NCBI GenBank assembly: GCA_963662275.1 | Contig: OY759316.1 | Span: forward strand, 4,192,001 to 4,256,000 | Reading direction: 5' to 3' | Source: Candidatus Cloacimonadales bacterium | Lineage (GTDB): Bacteria > Cloacimonadota > Cloacimonadia > Cloacimonadales > DAONDQ01 | DNA: 64,000 nucleotides | Shown here: piece by piece, positions 19,312 through 28,786 of the stretch | Layout: each line of letters opens with the position of its first letter | How positions within the stretch are numbered: position 1 is the stretch's first letter | The notes under the pieces: generated by a model | The model's input: the letters and a program-made list of their open reading frames with translations, nothing else | Databases searched by the model: none | Told to the model about the DNA's origin: nothing | Made by a program: the position numbers and the translations under genes

Positions 19312-21591
19312 ATGGCAACAAGAAAAAAAGCGGTACTCAAGAAAAAAGCTAAACCAAATCAACTACCCAGAATCTTGGTTTCAATTCTTTTTGCCATCTT
19401 TTCCTTTCTTTTATTGATCGCCATATCGATTAGAACCTCTGATTTGCAGTTGGATTTTTACAATCTTACCAGTCATACTCAATCTGTCCTGGATTATATT
19501 CTATTTCGCTTCCCAGGAGATAGTATCAATCCCATTGGTCCATTTGGAGTGATCTTCGGATATTTTGTGGTATATTTATGTGGCAAATTCTTTTCCTTTT
19601 TTTTACTGCTGGGGATTTTTGCAGTCAGTTTAATACGTGTAATAAAACCTCATGAATATCGCCATTATTTTCGTATTCTATGCGGTATTCTCTTTTTCTT
19701 TTTTGTGCAATTACTTATCCTGACAACGAAAAATGAAATCAATTATGGTATGGGTCAAATTCCATGGGTTATCTTATCAGTTCTGGTCAGGATTTTTAGT
19801 ACAACAGGGACAATTATTATCTCCTTATTTGCTTCAGCCTGTTTTTTGATTCTTTCTATTGAAGCAGCAACCATTAAAAATTGGTACACGACATTCAGGA
19901 ATGTTCAAATCAACTCACCAACGGTAAATGGTCAAGTGAAGCCATTACCTAAGCAAAATAATGCTGTGACGATTCAGCGTCCCAATTCATCTTTTGCAGA
20001 GGATACTAAGGATATTGAAGAAGCGATGCCAACGATCATTGATCATGTGTTAAAGCAAATTGGTGAAGAAGATATGGAATCAGAAACAGCTGCAAAGCTG
20101 AAATTGAAGCAAAAACCAAAACCAGCGATTGATATTGAAGATGACCGGGAATATGTGAAACCCAGTATCAATGATTATTTGTTAAGCCCTGTCAAATTGA
20201 CGAAGCGTGATCGTGAGGAAACAGAAGAGGCGATCAAAAATGTAAGTCGAATCCTGAGAGACAAACTCAGTGAGTTTGGCATTGATGCCGAAGTGATTAA
20301 TGTGAATATCGGTCCGATCATTACGCAGTATGAATTGAAACCCGCACCAGGTGTGAAAGTTGCTAAATTTCTCTCTCTTGCTGATGATCTTGCATTGGCG
20401 ATCAAGGCAAAATCGATTCGAGTACAGGCTCCCATACCGGGGAGAGGATTAATAGGTATCGAAATTCCCAATGTCAATCGGGATATGATCTATTTGAAGG
20501 ATATCCTGCTCTCAGAAGAAATGAAGCAAAATGATAAACCTCTGACCATTGGATTAGGCAAGGACATTGCTGGGAATCCGCTGGTTGCTGACTTGGCAAA
20601 AATGCCGCATCTGTTGATTGCAGGTGCAACCGGCTCTGGTAAAAGTGTTTGTATTAATACGTTAATCATTAGTTTGCTTCTACGAACTACCCCATCTGAG
20701 CTGAGACTTGTTTTAATCGATCCGAAGCGTGTTGAATTAGCAGGTTACGAAGGGATTCCACACCTGATCGGTGAAGTTGTTACAGAACCTGATGATGCTC
20801 TAGGTACGATGCATTGGGCTGTCAGGGAAATGGAAAAGCGATATGAAATGCTGCAGGATCTGACAGTTCGAGATATAAATAGTTATAATCTTAAGCTTTC
20901 AGAAGATAAAAAAGGTGAATACAAGGATTATTCTCCACTTCCATTTATTGTCATTGTTGTGGATGAATTTGCAGATTTGATTATGACTGCCGGAAGAGAT
21001 ATTGAAATGCCTATTACACGATTAGCTCAAATGGCAAGAGCTGTAGGAATTCATTTGATCCTGGCAACACAGAGACCTTCCATCAAAGTCATTACCGGTA
21101 TCATTAAGGCGAACTTCCCAGCCAGGATAGCTTTCCAGGTATCTTCCAAGGTGGACTCCCGGGTCATTCTTGACATGATGGGAGCTGAGAGGCTTTTAGG
21201 ACAAGGGGATATGTTGTTTGTTCCCCCGGGCAGAGCAATACCGGATCGTATTCATGGGGCTTTTGTATCGGATGTGGAAATATCGAAGATATGTGCGTAT
21301 CTGAAAGATCAACCTAAGCCAAAGACAGAATTATTCATTACATCATCAGAGAAGAGTGGACTTGAGAAATTTGAATTTGATGATGAATTATTCCCGGAAG
21401 CTGCACGGATAGTCATTTCTGCTAATATGGCTTCAGTTTCCATGCTCCAAAGACATTTTAAAATTGGATATGCCCGTGCTGGAAGATTAATCGATATGCT
21501 GGAACAGGCAGGTATCATCGGACCGCATGTTGGCAGTAAATCAAGGGATGTTCTTGCTTCTGAATCAGATTTGGAAATCTATGGATTATAA
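19312..21591 (+). CDS. ftsK: DNA translocase FtsK
   Basis: N-terminal TM segments; PHLLIAGATGSGKS; ATQRPS; gamma domain SMLQRHFKIGYARAGR. Confidence 0.98.
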   Translation: MATRKKAVLKKKAKPNQLPRILVSILFAIFSFLLLIAISIRTSDLQLDFYNLTSHTQSVLDYILFRFPGDSINPIGPFGVIFGYFVVYLCGKFFSFFLLLGIFAVSLIRVIKPHEYRHYFRILCGILFFFFVQLLILTTKNEINYGMGQIPWVILSVLVRIFSTTGTIIISLFASACFLILSIEAATIKNWYTTFRNVQINSPTVNGQVKPLPKQNNAVTIQRPNSSFAEDTKDIEEAMPTIIDHVLKQIGEEDMESETAAKLKLKQKPKPAIDIEDDREYVKPSINDYLLSPVKLTKRDREETEEAIKNVSRILRDKLSEFGIDAEVINVNIGPIITQYELKPAPGVKVAKFLSLADDLALAIKAKSIRVQAPIPGRGLIGIEIPNVNRDMIYLKDILLSEEMKQNDKPLTIGLGKDIAGNPLVADLAKMPHLLIAGATGSGKSVCINTLIISLLLRTTPSELRLVLIDPKRVELAGYEGIPHLIGEVVTEPDDALGTMHWAVREMEKRYEMLQDLTVRDINSYNLKLSEDKKGEYKDYSPLPFIVIVVDEFADLIMTAGRDIEMPITRLAQMARAVGIHLILATQRPSIKVITGIIKANFPARIAFQVSSKVDSRVILDMMGAERLLGQGDMLFVPPGRAIPDRIHGAFVSDVEISKICAYLKDQPKPKTELFITSSEKSGLEKFEFDDELFPEAARIVISANMASVSMLQRHFKIGYARAGRLIDMLEQAGIIGPHVGSKSRDVLASESDLEIYGL

Positions 21592-22198
21592 AAGAAAAAT
21601 CGTTTGTGCAATTGTCATGTGTTGCATTACTCTATTATTTTCGATTGATCTCGATGACTTCTACCAGCAAGTCCATTCCAGATTCGATAGTATCTCTACT
21701 CTACAGGCAGATATTGCCCAGACAAATGAATATGCCCAATCTAAAACGAAACTAACATCCTCTGGAGTATTGTACTATAAGCCAAATAATCTGATTCTTG
21801 ATTATTCCAAACCACATATACAGAAACTGATCATCCAGGGAAATAAAGTCCAAATGTATGACAAAGAAAGCAAGACATTGATCAAGACAACAAATAATCA
21901 AGGTGTTTCTAATCCAATGCAAATTGTGGATAAATATTGGACAAAGAGCAGAAAGGAACTGATTTCTGAGGATTCTGTTTCGATTCGTGTGAGATTATTC
22001 CCGTCCTCAGATGAGAATATAAAAAAAATTGAAGTGAGTTTTAATAATCGAACAAAAATGATCTCTGAATTATCTTATTGGGATAAACTTGGTAATAAAG
22101 TCAGATTTCGATTTCAGAATATTCGTATTGGCATTGCAATACAATCATCAAAATGGACATTTACTCCACCGCATGGAGTGAATGTCATCCAGCAATAA
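21581..22198 (+). CDS. lolA: Outer-membrane lipoprotein carrier LolA-like protein
   Basis: Follows ftsK; LQADIAQ, SGVLYYKPN, FTPPHGV. Confidence 0.8.
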   Translation: MDYKRKIVCAIVMCCITLLFSIDLDDFYQQVHSRFDSISTLQADIAQTNEYAQSKTKLTSSGVLYYKPNNLILDYSKPHIQKLIIQGNKVQMYDKESKTLIKTTNNQGVSNPMQIVDKYWTKSRKELISEDSVSIRVRLFPSSDENIKKIEVSFNNRTKMISELSYWDKLGNKVRFRFQNIRIGIAIQSSKWTFTPPHGVNVIQQ

Positions 22199-22202
22199 CA
22201 GC

Positions 22203-22268
22203 GTAGAGCATGATGCCGATCCTGCTGAATTGTGATGTTATTATTGCAGGATCAGCTTCCTTTTCTAC
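22203..22268. repeat. Inverted pair of GTAG-type REPs
   Basis: GTAGAGCATGATGCCGATCCTGCTGA ... GCAGGATCAGCTTCCTTTTCTAC. Confidence 0.7.
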
Positions 22269-22289
22269 TTATCATAAGGAGCAGATGAT

Positions 22290-23345
22290 ATGATAGCATT
22301 AATCATGGCTGGTGGTGCCGGAACCCGGTTCTGGCCTTTAAGCAGAACTAATCTTCCCAAGCAATTTCTTTCAGTAGTTGCCAATAAATCAATGATTCGC
22401 CTGACAGTGGATCGTTTGTTAAAGAAAATACCCATTGAAAGGATATTTATTGTAACGGCTCGTAACCAAGTGGAATTGATATTTGAACATATCCCGGAGT
22501 TACCGGTAGAAAATATTATTATTGAACCCTTCGGTATGAACACGGCACCATGTATCGCTTTGAGTGTGCAATATATCAAGCGATTATACAATGACAAAGA
22601 AACAATGATCGTGTTACCTTCAGATCATGTTATTGGTAAAGAAGATGTATTTTTGGAGAGCTTGGATAGTGCAGAAATTCCTGCAAAAGAAGGATATCTT
22701 GTCACTTTTGGTATCATTCCGGACTTTGCTGCTACAGGATATGGCTATATTGAGGAAGCTGAATCCTATCGTGAAGGTATGTATCATGTTCGGCAATTCA
22801 AGGAGAAACCGCAGCAGGAGGTTGCAGAACAATTTCTGGCAAAAGGTGGTTTTTATTGGAACAGCGGTATGTTTTACTGGGAATTGGCAACCATCTCCAA
22901 AATGTATGAGAAACATCAGCCGGAAATGTTTAATGTCCTTTCTGAAATTGAAAAGAAATGGAATGAAGAAGGAGTGGATGCAGACATATCTGAACTCTAT
23001 GCAAAGATGCCTAAGATACCAGTGGACATAGGTATTATGGAAAAAGCAGAAAAGCGGATTGTAATTCCGGTATCCTACAATTGGAGTGATGTTGGTTCCT
23101 GGCGTGCATTAGCAGAGATATCAGAGAAGGATGAGTGCGGTAATACAATCAAATCTGAGCATATGAATATCAATAGCAGAAAGAATTATATTTACACGGA
23201 TAAATTCACGGCTATCATTGGAATTGAAGGTTTGGTTGTGATAGAAACACCGGATGCCATCCTGATTGCTAAGAAAGAATGTTCTGAAGACGTGAAGATA
23301 ATCGTTGAAAATTTACGAAAAGAAGGGAAGACAGAGCTTCTATAA
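22290..23345 (+). CDS. manC: Mannose-1-phosphate guanylyltransferase
   Basis: MAGGAGTRFWPLSR, PKQFL, FKEKP, WNSGMF, WSDVGSW. Confidence 0.93.
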   Translation: MIALIMAGGAGTRFWPLSRTNLPKQFLSVVANKSMIRLTVDRLLKKIPIERIFIVTARNQVELIFEHIPELPVENIIIEPFGMNTAPCIALSVQYIKRLYNDKETMIVLPSDHVIGKEDVFLESLDSAEIPAKEGYLVTFGIIPDFAATGYGYIEEAESYREGMYHVRQFKEKPQQEVAEQFLAKGGFYWNSGMFYWELATISKMYEKHQPEMFNVLSEIEKKWNEEGVDADISELYAKMPKIPVDIGIMEKAEKRIVIPVSYNWSDVGSWRALAEISEKDECGNTIKSEHMNINSRKNYIYTDKFTAIIGIEGLVVIETPDAILIAKKECSEDVKIIVENLRKEGKTELL

Positions 23346-23363
23346 AAGCTCTGAAGAGGAAAA

Positions 23364-23714
23364 ATGAAAGACGGAAAACTAGTCAGTCTCCTGTATCTAC
23401 AAAATGCAACCGATAATGATGAAGAGCTAATCCGAGAAATCTTGGACATCTTTCTGCAGGATACAAAACAGGAATTGGATAAACTACAGCAAGCCGTCAC
23501 TGAAGATCGCTGGAAAGATGTAGGTAAAATTGCGCATCGCTTGAAGTCGAGTATGTTGAATCTTGATTTAGAAGAAATCTCACAGGAATTGCTTAGCATT
23601 GAAGATAGCATCAATAAAAATACTGGCTTGGATGAGATCAAACAACGGGTAATGAAAATATTTGATATCTGTCAGGAAGTCTTCCAGGATGTGATGGATA
23701 TTCTAGAATCGTAG
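23364..23714 (+). CDS. Stand-alone Hpt phosphotransfer protein
   Basis: AHRLKSS motif in a small helical protein. Confidence 0.85.
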   Translation: MKDGKLVSLLYLQNATDNDEELIREILDIFLQDTKQELDKLQQAVTEDRWKDVGKIAHRLKSSMLNLDLEEISQELLSIEDSINKNTGLDEIKQRVMKIFDICQEVFQDVMDILES

Positions 23715-23780
23715 AGAGTCCCTACTCGTGTATCTCCCTATGCGAGATTCTCATGAATTAAAATAATTAGAGGTATCTTA

Positions 23781-24149
23781 ATGTATAAAATCAATGTCAG
23801 TGACACTTTCTCAGCAGCACACCAGTTGAAGGGCTATGATGGTGCTTGCCGTAATGTACATGGTCATACTTGGAAGGTTCGAGTCGGGATAGTATGTGAA
23901 ACAACGGATGATATTGGTTTATCAATTGATTTCAATGTCATCAAGAAGCATCTTCGTGAACTCATTGAAACATTGGATCACCAGTTTCTTAACGAGCTGG
24001 AGATTTTTAAATCTTTGAATCCCACATCTGAAAACATCGCCCGTTATATGTATAGGCATATCAAGCAAAGGATCAATATTCCTGACTGTTATCTTGCAGA
24101 TGTGGAAGTGTGGGAATCAGATAAATCTTCTATTATTTATAGTGAATAA
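23781..24149 (+). CDS. queD: 6-carboxytetrahydropterin synthase
   Basis: FSAAH, CRNVHGHTW, LDHQFLN, PTSENIA, VWES. Confidence 0.95.
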   Translation: MYKINVSDTFSAAHQLKGYDGACRNVHGHTWKVRVGIVCETTDDIGLSIDFNVIKKHLRELIETLDHQFLNELEIFKSLNPTSENIARYMYRHIKQRINIPDCYLADVEVWESDKSSIIYSE

Positions 24150-24152
24150 TTG

Positions 24153-24267
24153 GTAGGAATAGACCCGCGTGTCTATCCTCTTCGAAAATTTAATGATAAA
24201 CACAAGGATAGACACACGGGTCTATCCCTACTTCAACGGAAATAGCAGGATCAGCATCCTGCTCCAC
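24153..24267. repeat. REPIN-like inverted REP pair plus a third REP
   Basis: GTAGGAATAGACCCGCGTGTCTATCC ... GGATAGACACACGGGTCTATCCCTAC; AGCAGGATCAGCATCCTGCTCCAC. Confidence 0.8.
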
Positions 24268-24284
24268 AAGGTAAAAGGATTAAA

Positions 24285-24911
24285 TTGAGAATCGTGGAAT
24301 CTAATTTCATTAAAAGTGCAATCAAACCCTCACAATATCCAGAGGATACATGTGCAGACATTGCCTTTGCCGGGAAATCAAATGTAGGAAAATCATCTTT
24401 TATCAATACCCTGACAGGTAGAAAACTCCTGGCAAAAACTAGTAATACACCAGGGAAAACACGATTATTGAATTTCTTTCGGATTCGCTATAAATTTGAT
24501 GCCTATGAAGAAACAGGTTTTCTGAACTTCGTTGATTTACCCGGTTACGGTTATGCTAAAGTTCCTATCAGTGAAAAAGAAGCATGGAAAACGATGGTCT
24601 CTGACTATGTTAAGCAAAGAAAGAACTTGATGGGATTCATAGTCCTGGTAGATATTCGTCATCCTGCTGATCCCAAGGATATCATCCTTTTAGAATTATT
24701 AAAACAGGAATCGATTCCTTTCTGTGTTTGCGCCACGAAATCCGATAAGATCGGGAAAACAAAGTTGGCTGCAACCCTTGCCGCATTGAGAAAAGACCTT
24801 GGCATTGCCCCAGCTCCTATTTTTGCCATTTCCTCCCTGGAAAAGAGTGGTATTGAACCAGTACTGGAATGGATGTATGCCTGTTTAACCATTTATCATC
24901 AAGATCATTAG
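24285..24911 (+). CDS. engB: Ribosome biogenesis GTPase YihA/EngB
   Basis: GKSNVGKSS, TPGKT, DLPGYG, TKSDK; TTG start. Confidence 0.96.
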   Translation: MRIVESNFIKSAIKPSQYPEDTCADIAFAGKSNVGKSSFINTLTGRKLLAKTSNTPGKTRLLNFFRIRYKFDAYEETGFLNFVDLPGYGYAKVPISEKEAWKTMVSDYVKQRKNLMGFIVLVDIRHPADPKDIILLELLKQESIPFCVCATKSDKIGKTKLAATLAALRKDLGIAPAPIFAISSLEKSGIEPVLEWMYACLTIYHQDH

Positions 24912-24920
24912 GATAATACA

Positions 24921-26780
24921 TTGCGCTGCCAATATGATGTGATCGTAATCGGTGCTGGTCATGCCGGTATCGAAGCAGCTCTTGCTTCTTCACGAATGGG
25001 TGCTAAGACAGCCATGTTCGTCATTAAACTGGAGAGTATTGGCAGAATGTCCTGTAACCCATCTATTGGTGGACCTGCAAAGGGACACCTGGCTCGTGAA
25101 ATTGATGCTTTAGGTGGAGAGATGGGATATGCTGCGGATTTGAGCGGTATCCAATTCAAAATGCTTAACCGGACAAAAGGACCAGCCGTCTGGGCTCCCA
25201 GGTCTCAAAATGATAGGCAATTATACTCACTAATTATGCGCCAGTCTGTCGAAAACATAGCAAATCTGCATATCATAGAATCTACCATCTCGAGTCTTAT
25301 TTTCAATACGGCAATGAATCAGGTAATTGGCGTTATCTCCAATATCGGTAAAGAATATCATGCACCTAAGGTAATCATTTGCAGCGGTACATTCTTACGT
25401 GGCTTGATCCATGTGGGTGCCATTTCCTACAGTGGTGGACGATCCGGGGAACCTGCAGCAGACCAGTTGACAGAATCACTCCTGAAGTGTGGTATAAAAG
25501 TCAGACGTTTTAAGACGGGTACTCCACCCCGAATTGATATTCGTACCTTAGATTTGTCAAAGATGGAAGTTCAGCCAGGGGATGAACCAACAAGTGGATT
25601 TTCCTATTACAGAGATGTGAAACTAGTGAACAAAGTTCTTTGCTGGCTTACCTATACAACAGAAAAAACACATGAGATCATTAGGGAAAACTTGACTCAA
25701 TCAGCATTATATGGAGGATATATCAAAGGTGTTGGACCACGGTATTGTCCTTCCATTGAAGACAAAATTGTTAAATTCCCTGCTAAGGAAAGACACCAGA
25801 TCTTTATCGAACCTGAAGGAACAGAGACTTGTGAAGGGTATGTAAATGGTATTTCCACGAGTTTACCACCCTGGGTTCAGGAGCAGGCACTCCATTCGAT
25901 ACCAGGTTTGGAAAAAGCCAGATTAATGCGTTATGCCTATGCGATAGAGTATGATTGTGTTGCAACAGAAGAAATTAAAGCAACGCTGGAAACCAAAAAA
26001 GTGAAGGGACTCTATCTTGCTGGTCAGATCAATGGTACATCAGGCTATGAAGAAGCTGCCAGCCAGGGTTTGATTGCCGGCATAAATGCAGTTTTGTCTT
26101 TGGATAAACAGGAACCGTTTGTGTTGGATCGATCTCAAGCCTATATCGGAGTATTGATAGACGATTTGATTACAAAAGGTACAGAAGAGCCGTATCGAAT
26201 GTTTACTTCCAGGGCAGAATATCGTCTATGGCTTCGACAGGATAACGCAGACGAGAGATTAATGCCCATTGGCAGAAAGTTAGGCTTGGTGGATGAAACT
26301 CGCTGGAATCGCCTCCAAAGGCAGTTGAAGATCAAGGAAAGGGTCATGGCGGAGTTGAAGGAGATGACTTCGATAAAACATGAGAATCTGTCTGAACCAA
26401 TGCGTTTGTACCAGATATTGAAAAGACCGGAAATTACTTTCCAGGATCTTCCAAGTTATGGATACACTATCCCACTTGATTTGGATGAAGATCTTCAAAC
26501 TCGAATTACCCTGGAATGTAAATATGAAGGTTATCTGAAAAGGCAATTAGCAGATATCGATAAATTTGAACACTGGGAACATGTGGAGATTCCTCCAAAA
26601 TTGAACTTCATGAAGATAGATTCCGTTTCTTATGAAGCCAGGGAAAAATTGCAGCGTCTGAATCCGACGAATATTGGACAGGCAATGCGTATTTCTGGAG
26701 TAAATTATCCGGATATATCTGCTATACTGATTTACCTGAAAAAGAAGAAATACCTTTCAGGGGGAGATATCGAATCATGA
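24921..26780 (+). CDS. mnmG: tRNA uridine 5-carboxymethylaminomethyl modification enzyme
   Basis: GAGHAG, MSCNPSIGG, GPRYCPSIEDK, GQINGTSGYEEAA. Confidence 0.99.
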   Translation: MRCQYDVIVIGAGHAGIEAALASSRMGAKTAMFVIKLESIGRMSCNPSIGGPAKGHLAREIDALGGEMGYAADLSGIQFKMLNRTKGPAVWAPRSQNDRQLYSLIMRQSVENIANLHIIESTISSLIFNTAMNQVIGVISNIGKEYHAPKVIICSGTFLRGLIHVGAISYSGGRSGEPAADQLTESLLKCGIKVRRFKTGTPPRIDIRTLDLSKMEVQPGDEPTSGFSYYRDVKLVNKVLCWLTYTTEKTHEIIRENLTQSALYGGYIKGVGPRYCPSIEDKIVKFPAKERHQIFIEPEGTETCEGYVNGISTSLPPWVQEQALHSIPGLEKARLMRYAYAIEYDCVATEEIKATLETKKVKGLYLAGQINGTSGYEEAASQGLIAGINAVLSLDKQEPFVLDRSQAYIGVLIDDLITKGTEEPYRMFTSRAEYRLWLRQDNADERLMPIGRKLGLVDETRWNRLQRQLKIKERVMAELKEMTSIKHENLSEPMRLYQILKRPEITFQDLPSYGYTIPLDLDEDLQTRITLECKYEGYLKRQLADIDKFEHWEHVEIPPKLNFMKIDSVSYEAREKLQRLNPTNIGQAMRISGVNYPDISAILIYLKKKKYLSGGDIES

Positions 26781-27619
26781 AACAAATGATCATATTTCTT
26801 TTACTCCTTTTCAGTTTCTTAGGATGTGCAACTAATCAGAGTAATCAACCGAAGCAAAAGGTAGAACTATCTGTTAGTACACAACAACCTATATCAACAA
26901 TCGCTCCTCAAACTACAAAACTTTCTGTCCCTGATTGGTTCATAAGCTTACCTGATGGTGACATAGAAGCGATTGGCATCGCCCATGATAAGTTATTCAA
27001 AGAAGAAGAAACAAAACAATTAGCGAAGGAGCATGCTGCCGTATTACTTTCACGGTGTCATGGTTCCTTCAATGTCAATAAACGGGCAACTTTTACCAAT
27101 GATGCTGATGCTATGGGATCAGATGAGCAATCAGCGCAATTTGAAGTAATTGTCAGTTCCGATCTGAATTATTTGAAGCAAGTAGCAGATTCATTGAAAA
27201 TCTGTGATCATTTTCGCTTACATAATTACTATATTTCCTTACTTGGCAATAAAACTGGTTCATTCAAGCCCTCGATGGTTGAAATCTCTGACGATTCTCT
27301 ACCTGTTTGGTGTAAACAAAATGCGATTCAAACCAAAGATACTGAAGTTTATTCTCTTGGTGTCGGAAAATCTGAAGATCTGATTTCTGCCTGGGATAAA
27401 GCTTATGATGCTGCCTTGAAACAGTTGGCAGGATACAAACAGACCCAAGTTTCCAGTGTTACCCAGGAAACTTATGATAATCAGTCAAAATCAGTTGCTC
27501 TTGAAACAAGCACGGTATTAGGAAATGTGAAGCCTTTAAATCATTATGTCACTTGCCAGACAAAGGAAGGATTAACGACTTATCAAGTCTGGTGTCGTCT
27601 GAAGTATCATATGGAGTAA
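26777..27619 (+). CDS. Lipoprotein, LPP20-like duplicated domain
   Basis: Lipobox FLGC; two PxW..G.(A/G) helix modules. Confidence 0.55.
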   Translation: MKQMIIFLLLLFSFLGCATNQSNQPKQKVELSVSTQQPISTIAPQTTKLSVPDWFISLPDGDIEAIGIAHDKLFKEEETKQLAKEHAAVLLSRCHGSFNVNKRATFTNDADAMGSDEQSAQFEVIVSSDLNYLKQVADSLKICDHFRLHNYYISLLGNKTGSFKPSMVEISDDSLPVWCKQNAIQTKDTEVYSLGVGKSEDLISAWDKAYDAALKQLAGYKQTQVSSVTQETYDNQSKSVALETSTVLGNVKPLNHYVTCQTKEGLTTYQVWCRLKYHME

Positions 27620-27621
27620 AT

Positions 27622-28353
27622 ATGAAAATTATTGCTGTTGTACCAGCTCGTTTTGCTTCCACACGTTTTCCAGGGAAAGCCCTTGCGCTTCTGAATAACA
27701 AACCAATTATTCAGCATGTTTATGAAGCTGCTATCAATGCAGGAATCTTCTCAGAAGTCATCATTGCTACAGATGATGAACGGGTTCGGGAAGCTGTCAG
27801 CCTTTTCCAGGGAGTTGTTGTGATGACATCTCCGCATCATAAAAGCGGATCAGACCGTATTGCCGAAGTGATATCAAAATTAGACTGCGATGTGGTATTT
27901 AATATCCAGGGAGATGAACCGTTTATATCCAAACAGCCGTTAGCAGATTTACGTGATGTCTTTGCAGATCCTACGGTACAAGTGGCTTCCCTAATGCATA
28001 TCATGAATGAACACAGTGAAATCAATGATCCGGGAAATGTGAAAGTGATATGTGATCGTCTTGGGAATGCTCTCTACTTTTCAAGGTCTGTTATTCCATA
28101 TGATAGAGATGGTAAATTCCCCGTTACTTATTGGAAACATATCGGTGTTTATGCCTATCTAAAAAAGACACTGATGCGATTTGTTGCTACCCCGCAAGGT
28201 ATTTTGGAAAGAATTGAATCCTTGGAGCAATTGAGATTACTGGAGAATGGAATCCAGATCAGGATGGTGAAAACAAATTACACAGGAATTGGCATTGATA
28301 CACCGGAAGATTTAGAGAAAGCGCGGGAGATACTTGTTGCTGATATCATATAG
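27622..28353 (+). CDS. kdsB: CMP-Kdo synthetase
   Basis: PARFASTRFPGK, SGSDR, NIQGDEP, YFSRS, LEQLRLLENG. Confidence 0.97.
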   Translation: MKIIAVVPARFASTRFPGKALALLNNKPIIQHVYEAAINAGIFSEVIIATDDERVREAVSLFQGVVVMTSPHHKSGSDRIAEVISKLDCDVVFNIQGDEPFISKQPLADLRDVFADPTVQVASLMHIMNEHSEINDPGNVKVICDRLGNALYFSRSVIPYDRDGKFPVTYWKHIGVYAYLKKTLMRFVATPQGILERIESLEQLRLLENGIQIRMVKTNYTGIGIDTPEDLEKAREILVADII

Positions 28354-28476
28354 GTCTGAGGGAAAGGAAGCTCTTTAATCTCCATCTTGTCTTGACATAT
28401 TTCATCACATTATTCATAAATGATATAACCGTTTAAACTTATCTCTTTCAAATACACCCCCTCTTCGCTCCTTCAT

Positions 28477-28578
28477 TATTCCAATCTTATTCTAATCTCT
28501 TACCTATCCCATACCAATCTCATACCTGTTTCACGAAACAGGAATGAAACAGGATTGAAACAGGATTGAAATTAGTAT
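28477..28578. repeat. Palindrome with 11-bp periodic arms
   Basis: TATTCCAATCT/TATTCTAATCT/CTTACCTATCC/CATACCAATCT/CATACCTGTTT, CAC, GAAACAGGAAT/GAAACAGGATT/GAAACAGGATT/GAAATTAGTAT. Confidence 0.85.
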
Positions 28579-28786
28579 AATATATGAGGTTCTCTTTTTA
28601 GTTCAGTAAGCTGATGTTGTTTGATTTGAGCGGGCTAATTATAGTTACAATTTCTGAACGTCTCCTTGAATCGAGATTGTTCAGAAGTTTGAATCGAGAA
28701 AAGTATCCCTCCAGATTAACCTTGACATATATATGACAATAACTTATTTAAGTGAAATGCTTTGTAAATATCAACTGGAGGTTACA

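Noticed and set aside
28527..28540. parS-like TGTTTCACGAAACA (also at about 2188)
   Set aside because: Two bases shorter than the 16-bp parS consensus and forms the core of the 11-bp-period repeat
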